NCBI GenBank assembly: GCA_951406725.2
Contig: OX597819.1
Span: 66,092,001-66,156,000 of the forward strand
DNA from: Octopus vulgaris
Lineage: Eukaryota
Direction: 5' to 3'
DNA length: 64,000 nucleotides
The first letter of the stretch is position 1. Every line of letters starts with the position of its first letter. Shown here one piece after another: positions 1 to 12,780 of this stretch. The notes under the pieces are model-generated. The model was not told where the DNA came from and made no database searches. It saw nothing but the letters and a program-made list of their open reading frames with translations. Position numbers and translations under genes: made by a program.

Positions 1-150
1 CAGATGGTCGCAAATCTTAAATATAACAGAATGTGGCTGAAATATCTGCAAGAGATGTGATGAATATTTTTTAATGCATTGTTTTTTTTCCCCTCGCGTC
101 AGTTCAGATGTCAAACGACATAGGTACATAAGAAAAACCAGGAAGAAACC

Positions 151-184
<34 letters not shown>

Positions 185-920
185 ATATGATGAAGCTATG
201 GCATAGAGATTTGCTTTGATATATCGTAGAATGAAAAGAAAAAAACGTACTTATATATATATATGTATATATATATATAATTTTAAAATATGAGACACAA
301 GTGTACTATTTAAGCGTCGTTGAGAAGAGGAAAATGAAAGTGGTATGGGGGCGGTCTTTGAGTAATATTTGTAATAACCAGAATTTCTGTCAAAAACATT
401 TGTCACAGGAAAAACAAAAAGAAAAATCAATTTGACGATGCAATTGTCTGTTTTATTTATTTTTTTAATATATCAATTTTTTTTTAAAAACGTAATGAGT
501 TATTAATTAATTAATTGCTGTTAATTAAATTGACTGCAGAAGACTATGTAATAAAGTGAAGAGAAAAATAATTTCATGAAACAGGCATGTCTGTCGAAGA
601 ATTGCTGCATACAAACCCACGCACACACTAACAAAACCTCGCCCCCAACTGACACCCACTCACAAACTACACACATACACACACTCCACTAACACACCCC
701 CTATCTTTACACATCCAAATATATTTTAGTAGATCTTGAAACATCTTGAATCTTACGTCTGATTTTCACATTGTCAATGATTAAATAGCATTGACTGACA
801 TAATTGGTAAAGTGGAACTCTGAGTAACAATTCAAGACGTTTCACTTTCTATAAATATTTATATACTTTTGTCTGCGTATTGGTTCTTCGTTTCAGAGTT
901 CGTCAACATAATTGTTTACC

Positions 921-970
<50 letters not shown>

Positions 971-1200
971 GTTTACGTCATAAGAATATAGAAACTTCGA
1001 GAGACGTAGAATAATTCGTTTTTAACGTTGGAGCTCGAAGTATATAATGGTATAACTATCATGTAAATATTGGGTTAAAAATACTTATCGCTAGAAAAAT
1101 ATCGAATGTTTTTTTTGAACCAATATCTACACCTTGTTATGTGTAGCTTTATCTACTTTGAGTTTCACCGTTAAAAAACACTATATATATGTACGTGCGT

Positions 1201-1259
<59 letters not shown>

Positions 1260-2186
1260 AATGTAATCTTCAGTTGGCTGAGGTGACGTTGGAAAAAAAG
1301 GAAGGATATTGTTTATGTTTGGGAGATCTGTCTCTGCCTAGGGCGGGGCAGTATTTGTGTTTGTATGCGTGTGAGAGAGATAAACGAACACACAATAGAA
1401 GTGAAATAATGAAAGAGAGAATGTGTTTGTGCGTGTGAAAATCTATGAGCCTGTGGTTCAGACTGGTATGTATTCAGTGCGAGAGGTAGTGCGCGTGTAT
1501 TTGTGTCTGTGTGTGTGTGTATAGATAATTTAACTTTGTAATTTTGAATGTAAAATAAGGTCTTGAGTTATCAATCATATTTTCTGGATTTTATTAAGAG
1601 ATGGAAAAAAAATCGAAAAAAAATGCATGTAGATTATTATGGGCGGAACCAGAATATATGTCAGCATGTGTGTGTGCGTGGGCATATGTGCATGCATGTT
1701 TATATATGATTTTAAATGTATATGCTTTTATATGTATATATATTGTGTACGTATATGCACGTACATATGCGTGTGTATATAAAGATATATAATTATATAT
1801 ATAATAATGTGTACATATGTAAATATATATATATGTATGTATGCTTGCGTTGACTGGCTGTGCGTGAGTGTATAATGTAAGAATACTGCCCATTACTAGA
1901 AATTTATAATATCGGATGTCATTTATGGAGAACAATGAAGACAGTAACACTATGTTTAATAATAATAATGATATTAGGGATATTAATATTTTTTAATGTT
2001 GATAAAAGCAACAAAAATACAATAAACCTTTATATAAAAGGTGACAAAATCAATTATACGATTTGAAATATAAAATAAAAAAACGAAAATGTTACACAAC
2101 CAAAACATTGATTGCTTGAGGTATATATACAAAAAAAATCTGGTAATATAAATAGCATTGACAGCAAACTCTTTATATAATATGTA

Positions 2187-2232
<46 letters not shown>

Positions 2233-3880
2233 CATACACTCTTGACATTTATGAAAATACTGATGTTATCTATCAAAAGAACAGGATGTGAACAAACACG
2301 CATGTATACATTGATACAAAATGCATACACATACCCAAAATGTTATGTTACTCATGAGTTAAAAAAAGCAAACTATGATTATAGTTTTTAAAAAAATAAT
2401 GTTGGTGAGACGTTTTTTTTTATAATTAAAGACATAAAAAATTATAAGAAAATTAAAAATAATAATAATAATGTATTGTGTGGACATTTTTATTTTTGTC
2501 TCTTTTTCTTTACACTTGGAAAAGCGTGCTTGATATTTTGCTGCAGATCAACCATGTTTGTACAATCACACTGTAGTTATTTCATATATCTTTATTCTAT
2601 TCATACAAATTTCAGATCATTTCTGACAAAGTTCTGGTTTTGCATAACCATTGTTGTTATAGCTGATTTGTTAATAAAGCATCCTCAGGGTAAAAGCTTG
2701 GCAAAAATTATAATGAAACGTGTTCAGATATTATGATGAAACGTCTTCAGGGGAAAGTCGTAGAACAAATGTTACCGATACAGCTTCTCATGAATGTTTT
2801 TCTACGACATTGAAAATTTACATGATCAGAGGATTCTTTTAAACGCTATCTTATCTATCTATCGCTTTCCTCCCTCTCCATATCTCTTTCTGCAGCGTTA
2901 ATTACAAAACGCTTTCTTCCTAAAGACGTTTCGTTATAAATTTAACTTTAGTCATCCTGATTACAAGAGTATAGCAATCCAAATCAGTTTATGAATTTGT
3001 CGTGTGTAAATAATATGCAGAAGGAAACATTTGGTAAGTACGTTTGATTCTAGTTAATATTTTGTGTATTCATTCCAGAGAAATATTTTGTGTATTTAAT
3101 ATGTCCGTAACATAAGAGAATATCACGCACACGCTTGTATGACAGAGATCTATTTGGAAAGATATATCTATACATGATAGTGCATATAAAAATGTGTGAC
3201 TGCGCATTTTTATATTTCACACACACACACACACACACACACATATGTATATATTAGCACCGACCTGATGGAAGGAAGCTTGTAGTGTAGGCGCTCTTCA
3301 CTGTTTCCAGCTTATCAAACACACGTGTAATCTGGCTATCTGTATAGTATCATTTACTAACTCTGGCTGAGTAGCAATGTTACCATGAATTGTAGATGAT
3401 GAAATTTCCCTCAAAACTTACATATAATTTACATTTAAAGGGAACTACACTGCCAAGTATTTGAATAACTAATAGTGCCGAGAAATGTAATAGAGAAGCG
3501 GACTTATTACTTTACAGTACTTTGTTATGCTGTTTTTTTCCCCAGGATCCCGGAGTGCAGGGACTTACACTTGCGTACATACAATCATACGTATATACAG
3601 GTGTATTTTTGTGAGCACCTCTCTATAAATAGCAGCCAAAACAGCATGCCCATTTTCACTTCATATAATTCATTCGGAGCAAGCCCTGACAGTCATATTT
3701 GTAAGAGAAATAAAGACTTCTTGATTAATTCAATCAGGATTGGAAGTTTAAGTCGAAGAATAACGAACAAAGCACGGAGAATATACACATTCAGTTTCAT
3801 TTTCTTTTAAGACCTTAAAATTTATGCACGCTTACATAGTCATACATAGTACATTTATGTGTAAGTGTATATATATACAT

Positions 3881-3920
<40 letters not shown>

Positions 3921-4168
3921 TGACCAAGAGCAGAGCATTCCATGCCGCTTTTCATTCCTCCCCCCCGCTGAATGATGTCACTCCAATCATTTCCTTTTCA
4001 TCTCATTTACACCTGATTTTCCAGCGCCTCCTGTCCGCACACCACTCTCTTGTAGAGTATATTTAGCGCATTAATCCTGAATACATTTAGAATTTTTATG
4101 AAGTAGCATGCTTGAACCGAATTATTAACTCTGTAAGCTGTTCCCCCATATCTATCTATCAGTATTAT

Positions 4169-4214
<46 letters not shown>

Positions 4215-4651
4215 AATTTATAATACGAGAAGATAGAACGAACAGAATTTAGTCCAAATCACAATTGTTTCTGCATATTAGCATTAACTGTTACTTGCTG
4301 AGTGTATTACATATTAGTTGTTGCTAATGAAAAGAAACAATTGCTGTGCTTTCGATGAAAGCCTGTTGATTCTATCTTCTTGTATTATATATATATTATT
4401 TTATTCTTTTGCTTGCTTCAGTCATTTGACTGCAGCCATACTGGAGCACCATCATATGTATTCTTTTTGGTATAAAGTCTTCGTGTGTAGCCAGTAAAAG
4501 GCATATCCTTGCTGTATAATAGCGTATTGTAACCGATAATCATAGAGGAGCTTTCTAATACACACTGTAAGGTTATTAACCAGTTGATATTAAATATGGA
4601 TCATATATAATATATATACTGAGAAACAGACAGAGATGACGAACATTTTTA

Positions 4652-5217
4652 TATTGGGTTGTCCGGAAAGTTTGGGCCGATTTATAGTAGCTTATCTTTC
4701 GACTTATTTTAGGACATGGTTGAGTCCATAAAATAGGATTTGACTACACCACCATTTAGAGCACAGTTTAAGCTATCTTTTCGTGAAAGAAGGTTTATGT
4801 TCCTATAACGTGTTAATTCTGTAACCCTTTAAAATGGAAGATAAGAAAGTTCATTTCGGCACTTGATGCTTTGGGAACCAGACAAAAATTGCTGCAGCTC
4901 GGCTGGGATGTGATACCCCTCCTTCCATATTCACCAGATATGCCTCCTTCGGATTTCCACTTATTCAGGTCTGTGCAGAATAGTCTTAATTGTAAAAATT
5001 TCAATTCCTTGAATGACGTAAAAAGATACCTTGATGAATTCTTTGCCATAAAACCACCTCAATTCTGGGAGAGGGTATTTTCAAGTTAAAGGAAAGGTGG
5101 AGACGCATTATGCAACAAAATGTTTCATATTTGGTTGATTAAAAATGTAATGGCAAGTATTTAATGACCTTTTTCTTTCCTTTATAAATCGGCACGAACT
5201 TTCCGGACAATCTAATA
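4652..5217 (+). mobile_element. Internally deleted mariner element
   Basis: ~35-bp TIRs TATTGGGTTGTCCGGAAAGTTTGGGCCGATTTATA (4652) / TATAAATCGGCACGAACTTTCCGGACAATCTAATA (to 5217). Transposase N-terminus (MEDKKVHF) is fused to the C-terminal LGWDVIPLLPYSPDMPPSDFHLFRS motif (ORF 4871-5089). Confidence 0.92.
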
Positions 5218-5546
5218 AAAGTTTGTTCCCTACAATTCATCTGATTTTTTTGAACCTCTGTATTGGATATTCCAGGTGCAATTAGATGCTTAATCTCAGC
5301 GGATTATCTCACAGCTTTGAGATTTCAATGATGCTTTAGATGAAAGATAAAAATATACGATATATATTTAGGTGTATATTTATATACATCTATAGCTACA
5401 TAGATGTAGATACCTGCACACAGATGCGGACTCAAGCACATGCACGCCCTTATGTGTATGCATTTGGAAGCGCACGCAGTCAATTTCTTCACCTTTCACT
5501 GGAACTTGTGGCGTCGTTTCTGTTTCAACATTGTTGTTGTTATATA

Positions 5547-5768
5547 AGGTGGCGAACTGGTAGAATCGTGAGCACGCCGGACAAAATGCTTAGCTGCATT
5601 TTGTTTGTCATCAAATTCTCAATTCAAATTCTGTTGAGGTCATCTTTGACATTTGTAATTTCGGAGTTGATAAAATAAATACCAGTTGAATACTGAGGTC
5701 GAAGTGATCGACTTACCCCACCCACGACCCGAAATTGCTGGCCTTGTGCCAAAATTAGAAATCATTAT
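5547..5768 (+). mobile_element. SINE family B, degenerate copy
   Basis: AAGGTGGCGAACTGGTAGAATCG head and GGCCTTGTGCCAAAATTAGAAA tail; homologous to 19322-19530, 20858-21605 and 59110-59219. Confidence 0.7.
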
Positions 5769-5814
5769 TATATGAAAACTCAAGGAATATCTACATATTT
5801 TATGTCTATGGTTG

Positions 5815-6015
5815 TCTCTGACCAGCGCTTGAAAACCAGGTGGTGGTGTGTTTAATTCCCTGTAACTTAGCAGTTCGACAAAAGAGTCATATAGAATAAA
5901 TACTACGCTTTAAAATAAAAGTACTGGTATTGATTCGTTCCTCTATAATTCTCCAAGGCTGTGCCTCAGCATCGCCGCAGTCTAATGACTAAAACAAGTA
6001 AAAGATAGAAAGATA
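5815..6015 (+). mobile_element. SINE family A, 3' half
   Basis: Matches the 3' half of the copy at 50944-51305, ending GCAGTCTAATGACTAAAACAAGTAAAAG. Confidence 0.75.
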
Positions 6016-6489
6016 ATTCAGAATTTAAATTCCTGTGAATCATGAGGTTTAATAGTGAAGAACTTATTACTTGGAAAATGCCAGAAGTTTTTAGTTCTTG
6101 CTTAGATTTAGATCAGAATTTGTCGAGCAAGAAAACTTAAGAAGTAAGACATTTACATCGACGAGCCGCTCGTATATTTCGTGGCCTGTAGGATAGGATT
6201 ACTTTATCTAATGTGCATTTAAGGAAAGTAATATCTCCACCCATCAGAACCCTACTAGTCGTGAAGGTTTCTCATGGTCAGTTGTAGCGATGTTTGTAGA
6301 ATGAAGTAAATTTCTGGTCGAATCAATTGGAAACAGGACGTAGATGCTGCTTTAAGTGAGGTGGATGCTGAAAATGAGAGACACAGTAATTCGCTTTTGT
6401 CATTGTAGGGCAGCCCTTACTGAGCAGGGTACTTGTGCAAAACATCGTCTTTTTACCGTCCTATCGTTTAAAAATTTCCCCTTCAAGTA

Positions 6490-7025
6490 CAGGGTATCCC
6501 TGAAGACACCATCTAAAATGTGAATATCTGAGTAGCTACACGTCCTAAGCAAACGAAATTAAATAGGCATCATATTGAACAATAGAAGATATATTTATCA
6601 AAATTCGAACAAGAGATTCAGACGGATGTAGATTTTATAAGCGATTTCACAAAACTTCGCAAATGTCCAATATACGAACCAACTATGACACGGCACACGT
6701 CAAGCCCTGCCAAACACGCTGTAATATGTCTTACTTAACATTCTCCAGTACTTCAGAGATTTTCTGCTTGAGTTCCTTTTGGCTTGTAAGAAGAGGTGGA
6801 ATGTAGACCTGTCCTTTTACACAGCCCCGTATAAAAAAAAATCACAAGGTGCCAAGTCAGGTGAACGTGGTGACCATTTCAAGAGCACATTATCATTGTC
6901 AGTGGCATGTCCGATCCAAACTTAATTTTTACACGTTTTTGTTAAAATTTAAGACCATTTGAGCGAGAATTAGCCATGTTGTTAGACTACGAAATGATGT
7001 CAGTTTGTAGTGGGGGGACACGCTG
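6490..7025 (-). mobile_element. Tc1/mariner-superfamily non-autonomous element with transposase remnant
   Basis: TA-flanked TIRs CAGGGTATCCC (6490) / GGGACACGCTG (to 7025); minus strand ~6820-6890 encodes WSPRSPDLAPCDFF. Confidence 0.8.
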
Positions 7026-7029
7026 TATT

Positions 7030-7485
7030 ATCTTTCATCTTTTAAATTATACTTGTTTTAGTCTTTGACTTGCGGCCAAGTTAGGCACAACATTGAATGG
7101 TATTTCTATTCGAACGAACTGACCCCAGATCTCTTGTTTTTTGCTTTTCAAAGTGCTACTTATTCTGTCGGGTCTGCATTTGCCGAACCGCTAAGTTACA
7201 AATTAGGAGATCATCAAAATAATACCGGTTGTCAAGAGATGGTGTGGATTGAAACACTGATACAAAGACCCACACATAGATGCACAAACACGTGTGCACC
7301 CATTCCCCCACATATATATATGCGATAGGCTTTCACACAGTTTTTGTCCACCAAATTCACTTACAGGGCATTGATCGGCCTGGTGCATGGAGGAAGACAC
7401 TTGCCGAAAGTACTGTGCGATTGGGACTACACTCGAACCCACATGGTTGTAAATCAAGCTTCTTAGACGTAGTGATGACTGCACC
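7030..7485 (-). mobile_element. SINE family A, degenerate copy
   Basis: Collinear with 22497-22919. Confidence 0.8.
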
Positions 7486-7606
7486 CATAGTGTATCTGGG
7501 ACTACATTATGCTACATGTTACTATGGGTTTTTTTTTAAGAGAACAGACTAACACTAAGAGAGGGAGCATTTAGCTACTACTTTTACCAGATCGAGCTAG
7601 TCAGAG

Positions 7607-7755
7607 CAGGCATAGACAAACTGGTTCGAGACGCAGGCCGCAAAATATATGGTTCATCATCAAGCGAGCCACACCACTACAAGAATTAAAGGTAATTTTT
7701 TTTATTTGGTGTGCCATTCAAAGAGTCCCGCGGGCCACAGTTTTCTCCATGACTG
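7607..7755. mobile_element. hAT-Charlie-type MITE
   Basis: Termini CAGGCATAGACAAACTG / CAGTTTTCTCCATGACTG, subterminal GGCCGC/GCGGGCC motifs, imperfect 8-bp flanks AGTCAGAG / ACTTAGAG. Confidence 0.6.
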
Positions 7756-7809
7756 ACTTAGAGACTTATTCAATGGTACCGTAGCAGTATCTTTTATCTA
7801 ATATCATGA

Positions 7810-7906
7810 GATTTTGGCCATGCTGGGGCACCGCCTCGAAAAGTTTTAGTTCATCAATAGACCCTCAGTACTTTCCTTTTAAGCCTGGTACACAATCACA
7901 CACACA

Positions 7907-7998
<92 letters not shown>

Positions 7999-8352
7999 CG
8001 ACAGGCAACTTTCAGTTTCCGCCTACCAAATCCACTCTCAAGGCTTAGGTCGGCCCGAGGCTATAGTAAAAGACACATGCCCAAGTTGCCACACAACTTG
8101 TAAGTGACAGTCTGTCTCCGTTGCTGAACTGGTTCACAGGCGGTCGTGGGAGACAAACACAGACAGAGAACAAACACATACATATACATGTGCGATCGGC
8201 TTCTTTTAGTTTCCGTCTACCAAATCCACTCACAAGGCTTTAGTCGCCCCGAGGCTATAGCAGAAAAAAAAAATTGCCCCAAGGTGCCACACAGTGGGAC
8301 TGAACCAGGAAACATGTGGTTGGGAAGCAAATTTCTTACCACACAGCCACGT
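7810..8352 (-). mobile_element. Two tandem partial SINE family A copies
   Basis: Two TTTCC...TACCAAATCCACTC...AAGGCTT blocks (~8010, ~8210) with internal (CA)n(TA)n. Confidence 0.8.
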
Positions 8353-9088
8353 CTATATGCTGATTTTTCTTTTGTGCAACGTTGAGAATGCTTGTCAAAG
8401 ATTCCACTACCTTTCCTTTAAATGACGCTAGACGTTGTATCATCGTATGTCATAGTTTGAATAACTAAAATATAATATAATATATAACAGAAACAAAATG
8501 AAAATCGTTTGTTATTCTTCCATTTCTGATAGATAGAAAGGAGAGTTTTATTTCAACCTTACATTTTCTAGGTTCAGTGCATGCATCATACATGAATTAT
8601 ATCGTTTGTTGTTCTTCCTATAGTTGCTGTTGTGCATTTCTGACATGAATACATTGATTGGATTTTAGCGGTTATAGATCAAACATCAATGATTTTTCTT
8701 TTTCTCGAGCAAGGAGTGGATATGACATGATTTTCGTTCCTCAAATTTTTTGCTGGTGAATTTCTAGGAGAAGGAAATATGAACTGCAGAATTACATAAC
8801 TTATAAACATTGAAACATGAAGGGTTAAAACGTAACAAAACCAATGTATATATATATATATATGTGAGTGTGTATGTATGTATGTATGTATAGGTGTGTC
8901 TGTGTTCTTGTTATTTCCTTCACTTTCCGTTTGACATAGGGGGCTTCATATGAAACGCGATAGACAGCATCTTCAGCGAAAAGTTTTAGATGTCCATTTT
9001 GAACAGGGAATAGCCGGCCAAAGATGGAAAATGCACCTAATGTGATAGTGGCTTAAACATTGACATATGCACTTAATAAACCATTCCT

Positions 9089-9243
9089 GGCGTGGCTGTG
9101 TGGTAAGTAGCTTGCTTACCAACCACATCGTTCCGGGTTCAGCCCCACTGCGTTGCCTCTTGGGCAATGTCTTCTACTAAAGCCTCGGGCCGACCAAGGC
9201 ATTGTGAGTGGATTTGGTAGGCGGCAACTGAAAGTTGCCTGTC

Positions 9244-9318
<75 letters not shown>

Positions 9319-9545
9319 TATATATGTGTGTGTGTGTGTGTTTGTGTGTCTGTGATTGTCCGACCCCCAACATCGTTTGACAACCGATGCTGGCGTGTTT
9401 ACGTCCCCGTAACTTAGTGGTTCGGCAAAATAGACCGATAGAATAAGTACTAGGCTTACAAAGAATAAGTCTTGGGGTCGATTTGTTCGACTAAAGGCGG
9501 TGCTCCAGCACGGCCGACGTCAATTGACTGAAAGAAATAAAAGAA
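9089..9545 (+). mobile_element. SINE family A, near full length
   Basis: tRNA-like head TGGCTGTGTGG...GGTTCAGCCCC, internal (TA)n(TG)n, tail GGCGGTGCTCCAGCA...GACTGAAA. Confidence 0.9.
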
Positions 9546-9762
9546 AAGAAGAAACATCTATTTATCTATCTATCTATCTCTATATATATATATATATATA
9601 CATATATATGACTGTGTGTGTGTGTGTATGTAGTTAATATTCAGTTGTGACTAATAAATCTCAAGAGTTATTTTACATAGTGATTTCTCATTTGTATTCA
9701 TTTATGAAGCTAAGTCATAGAATATCGTACATACCTTGCAATCAAACAACAAATACATACAT

Positions 9763-10008
9763 ACATATGGGTGGCCAAAAGTCACCCGACAGTAAATCAA
9801 AATTCCATAAATACCTAATTTTTAATTCTGTTTATTCCTTCCAATTGTGAATGTTTAATAATTGAATGCTGTGAGTTAAAATCACCGTTTTTTTTTTAAC
9901 ATTTGTCTATTAATTAGCGAAGTCTCATGTAAAATTCTCTTTCTGTTTTACTCTTGGAGATAATTTACTCTTGGAATTGATTTACTGTCTGGTGACTTTT
10001 GGTCAGCA

Positions 10009-10013
<5 letters not shown>
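9763..10013. mobile_element. Tc1-like MITE (~250 bp)
   Basis: TIRs GGTGGCCAAAAGTCACCCGACAGTAAAT / ATTTACTGTCTGGTGACTTTTGGTCAGC, bounded by TACA...TGTA. Confidence 0.75.
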
Positions 10014-10026
<13 letters not shown>

Positions 10027-10048
<22 letters not shown>

Positions 10049-10440
10049 CAGTCAGTCATTTGGCGGTGGACATACTGGGACACCGACTTCAAGGATTTTA
10101 CCCAAACACAGCAACCGCAGGACTTTGTCTATCGGATTCTTTTGTCGAATCGCTATGTTACGGTGATGTAAACAGCCTAATATTGGCTGCCAAGCGGTAG
10201 TCGAGGACCAGCACAGGCACAAAGATAAATTCACATAAACACACATGCACACACAAACACACACACACATTTAATATATATACGACGGACTATTTTTAGT
10301 TTCCATCCACCAAATCTACTCACAAGGCTTTGGTCGGCCCGAGGCTATTGTAGAAGACACTTGCCTAAGGTGGCAGGGAATGAACTCAGAACCGTGTGGT
10401 TGGGAAGCAAGCAACTTAAGACCCACCCATCCCTGCGCCT
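10027..10440 (-). mobile_element. SINE family A copy
   Basis: Collinear with 22497-22919; head ends CCCTGCGCC. Confidence 0.85.
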
Positions 10441-10779
10441 ATATATATATATAATATATATATACAATATATATAATATATACTACAATATATATCGTAT
10501 AAAATTTTTACGATAGTTGATTTATGGAAAAGATTATGTAAAATTTTTGAAATGCAAATATGTGAATAAAAATTAAGTTCAGACCTCTGCATGGTAGCTA
10601 GACCTGGTAGGAATAGCAGCCAAATCTCCCTCAAACACCCTACTGTCTTAATCCGACAACTCTGCCTATTATGTAGTTTGGATGTGAAACTGTAACTATA
10701 GATTAAGATTATTAACCCCACAAAGTGGTGAAAGAACAGAGACAACATAGCGAAAATTTTGTCATCCTCTACTCTCCTT

Positions 10780-11045
10780 GTTGCTAGCGAAACGGTATAT
10801 GCCGGCTGTGCGAGCAATTTGTTGTTTTAATGGCGGAAAAAAACAGGGGAATTCCATTAGAAAAAGTTTTAATCGATTTTATCGGTAACTATGGGGATTA
10901 GGAAAAAATACAAACCGCATTCCAATCTATGCACCCGTCTCCACATGTGTGCCATTTTCACGCGAATCCACCCAGCCGTTTGGCTGTGAACCTCAAGACA
11001 AGAAAGAATACAGCGATCGCCCATGTCCAATTTATATTATAAATA
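10780..11045 (+). mobile_element. Possible Helitron/Helentron-like non-autonomous remnant
   Basis: TTTTCACGCGAATCCACCCAGCCGTTTGGCTGTG...ATTTATATTATA resembles the 3' segment of non-autonomous rolling-circle elements; termini not resolved. Confidence 0.3.
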
Positions 11046-11052
11046 TATATTT

Positions 11053-12165
11053 GTAGTTTCAGCTCAGAGCTGTTGCTATGCTGGGGCACCACTGTTTTGC
11101 TACGCTGGTATTATTGAGAGCCTCCTCTAATATGTGGAATTTGGTGAATAAAGGAATTTGATGTCGCTACCCTCATTTGCACTTCTTGCTGCGAGGTAGG
11201 TTTATCTGAGACTCTCGACAGGAAGAGGTCTACTTTTGATTTGAAAGCACCTACTTCCAATTTGTGTATATCCCTCACGTTATTTGGGAGAATATTTTAA
11301 AGCTGTGGGCCCCTGAAACACAGGCTATTGCAGTAACTAGTCTTGAAACGTGATGTAATTGCTGGCATATTTGGCAATGTGCAATGTCGATCCGTTCCGG
11401 CATTGGTGTATCTTTCAATGCCAAAATTTGGCACAATCTCTTCCTGAATCTTCCAGATGTATATTACTGCATATCTCAGCTGTTTCAGCCTTTCCCAGTA
11501 GCTGAGCTGTTGCAACGAGATGATTATCTTTGTGAAGCTTCGCTGGATTGCTTCAAGGTACACTGTTAATTTTACACTGTTGGGTGACCATAGCTGGGAG
11601 CAGTAATCCAGGCGGCTGAGGACAAATGTTTCTTCAGAGGACCAGCATGGTTTTCTTCTTTCTGGTCCTGAACATTCTAAAAAATCTATCCAGCCAGTCG
11701 TCTGCACATTGAGACCATCCTGGTAATGTGCATTTGGAAAGAGGTATCATCACTCATGTCGATACCCAGGCCCCTCACTGATTTAGTCTCTGTGATTGTA
11801 ATCCCCTGTGGACCAGTGTCACATGTGAGTTTTATATTCAGTTTTGGTTGCTAGTAGCGCAGGGCTTGGAATTTTTCAGCATTAAACTGCATATTATTGT
11901 CCTTGATCTGTTTGTAAACTGAGTCCATCTGCTACTGCAGGTGTGCAACACCACTGGGGCTTTGAATTTTTTGCGGGACTATCGTATCGTCTGCCTAGCT
12001 AGCAAGGGTCGCTATCCGGGCAGCTGGAGGCATAACTGAGAGAGCCACTATTAACAGCAGTGGCCCCAAGACAGTGCCCTATGGAACACCGCTCACTATT
12101 TGTGTCTTCTTTGAGGTGGTTCCAGTGGCAACTACTGCCCGACTTTTATCTTTCAAAAAGTCATG
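11053..12165 (-). pseudogene. CR1-group LINE, decayed RT-to-3' end
   Basis: Minus strand SGVP*GTVLGPLL, LAS*ADDT, LSRLDYCSQLWSP, LEAIQRSFTK, LSYWERLKQL; 3' terminal GGTGCCCCAGCAT...GCTGAAAC. Confidence 0.9.
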
Positions 12166-12529
12166 TAGAGCAATCTTCAGCTGCACAAAGACATAGAATT
12201 TAATTAAATTAGAACAGATGGACACATTAGTATAATAATACTTAAAATCTCCAAGAAGTGAAGGAGATAGACAAAGAACATGTCGTTTCTATGCCGAAGT
12301 AGATACAATATGTTCTTTGTCTATCTCCTTAACTTCTTCGAGATTTTAGGTATAATTATACTAATGTGTCCATCTGTTCTAATTTAATTAAATTCTAAGT
12401 CTTTGTGCTGCTGAATATCGCCCTACATTTTAAATTGATGTAATGATTGCATTGTTCAATTAAATGGAGTTGCATGAAACGATCGTATTGCATTACCTCT
12501 GGATATCCTTGCTGCTTATTTTGATTTTA

Positions 12530-12530
<1 letters not shown>
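12164..12530 (+). mobile_element. Penelope-like terminal remnant with fold-back and degenerate hammerhead
   Basis: Inverted arms 12164-12281 / 12310-12427 overlapping an HHR motif at 12405-12493. Confidence 0.65.
12405..12493 (+). ncRNA. Type-I hammerhead ribozyme motif (degenerate core)
   Basis: GTGCTG-CTGAATA-long stem II-GAAA-CGATCG-TA-TTGCAT. The inverted arm preserves GTGCAG-CTGAAGA. Confidence 0.65.
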
Positions 12531-12577
<47 letters not shown>

Positions 12578-12600
12578 ATTTATTTATATATATATTTATT

Positions 12601-12633
<33 letters not shown>

Positions 12634-12696
12634 ATATATATATTATTTATTTATATATATATATATATATATTTATTTATATATATATTTATATTA

Positions 12697-12740
<44 letters not shown>

Positions 12741-12780
12741 TTTATTTATATTTATTTATATATATATATATATATACATT

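Noticed and set aside
2730-2945. Short inverted repeat containing GAAACGTC, possible PLE hammerhead
   Set aside because: No CUGANGA core on either strand; too decayed to call.
6500-6530. CTGAAGA motif
   Set aside because: Adjoins a Tc1/mariner TIR; no GAAA or stem III.
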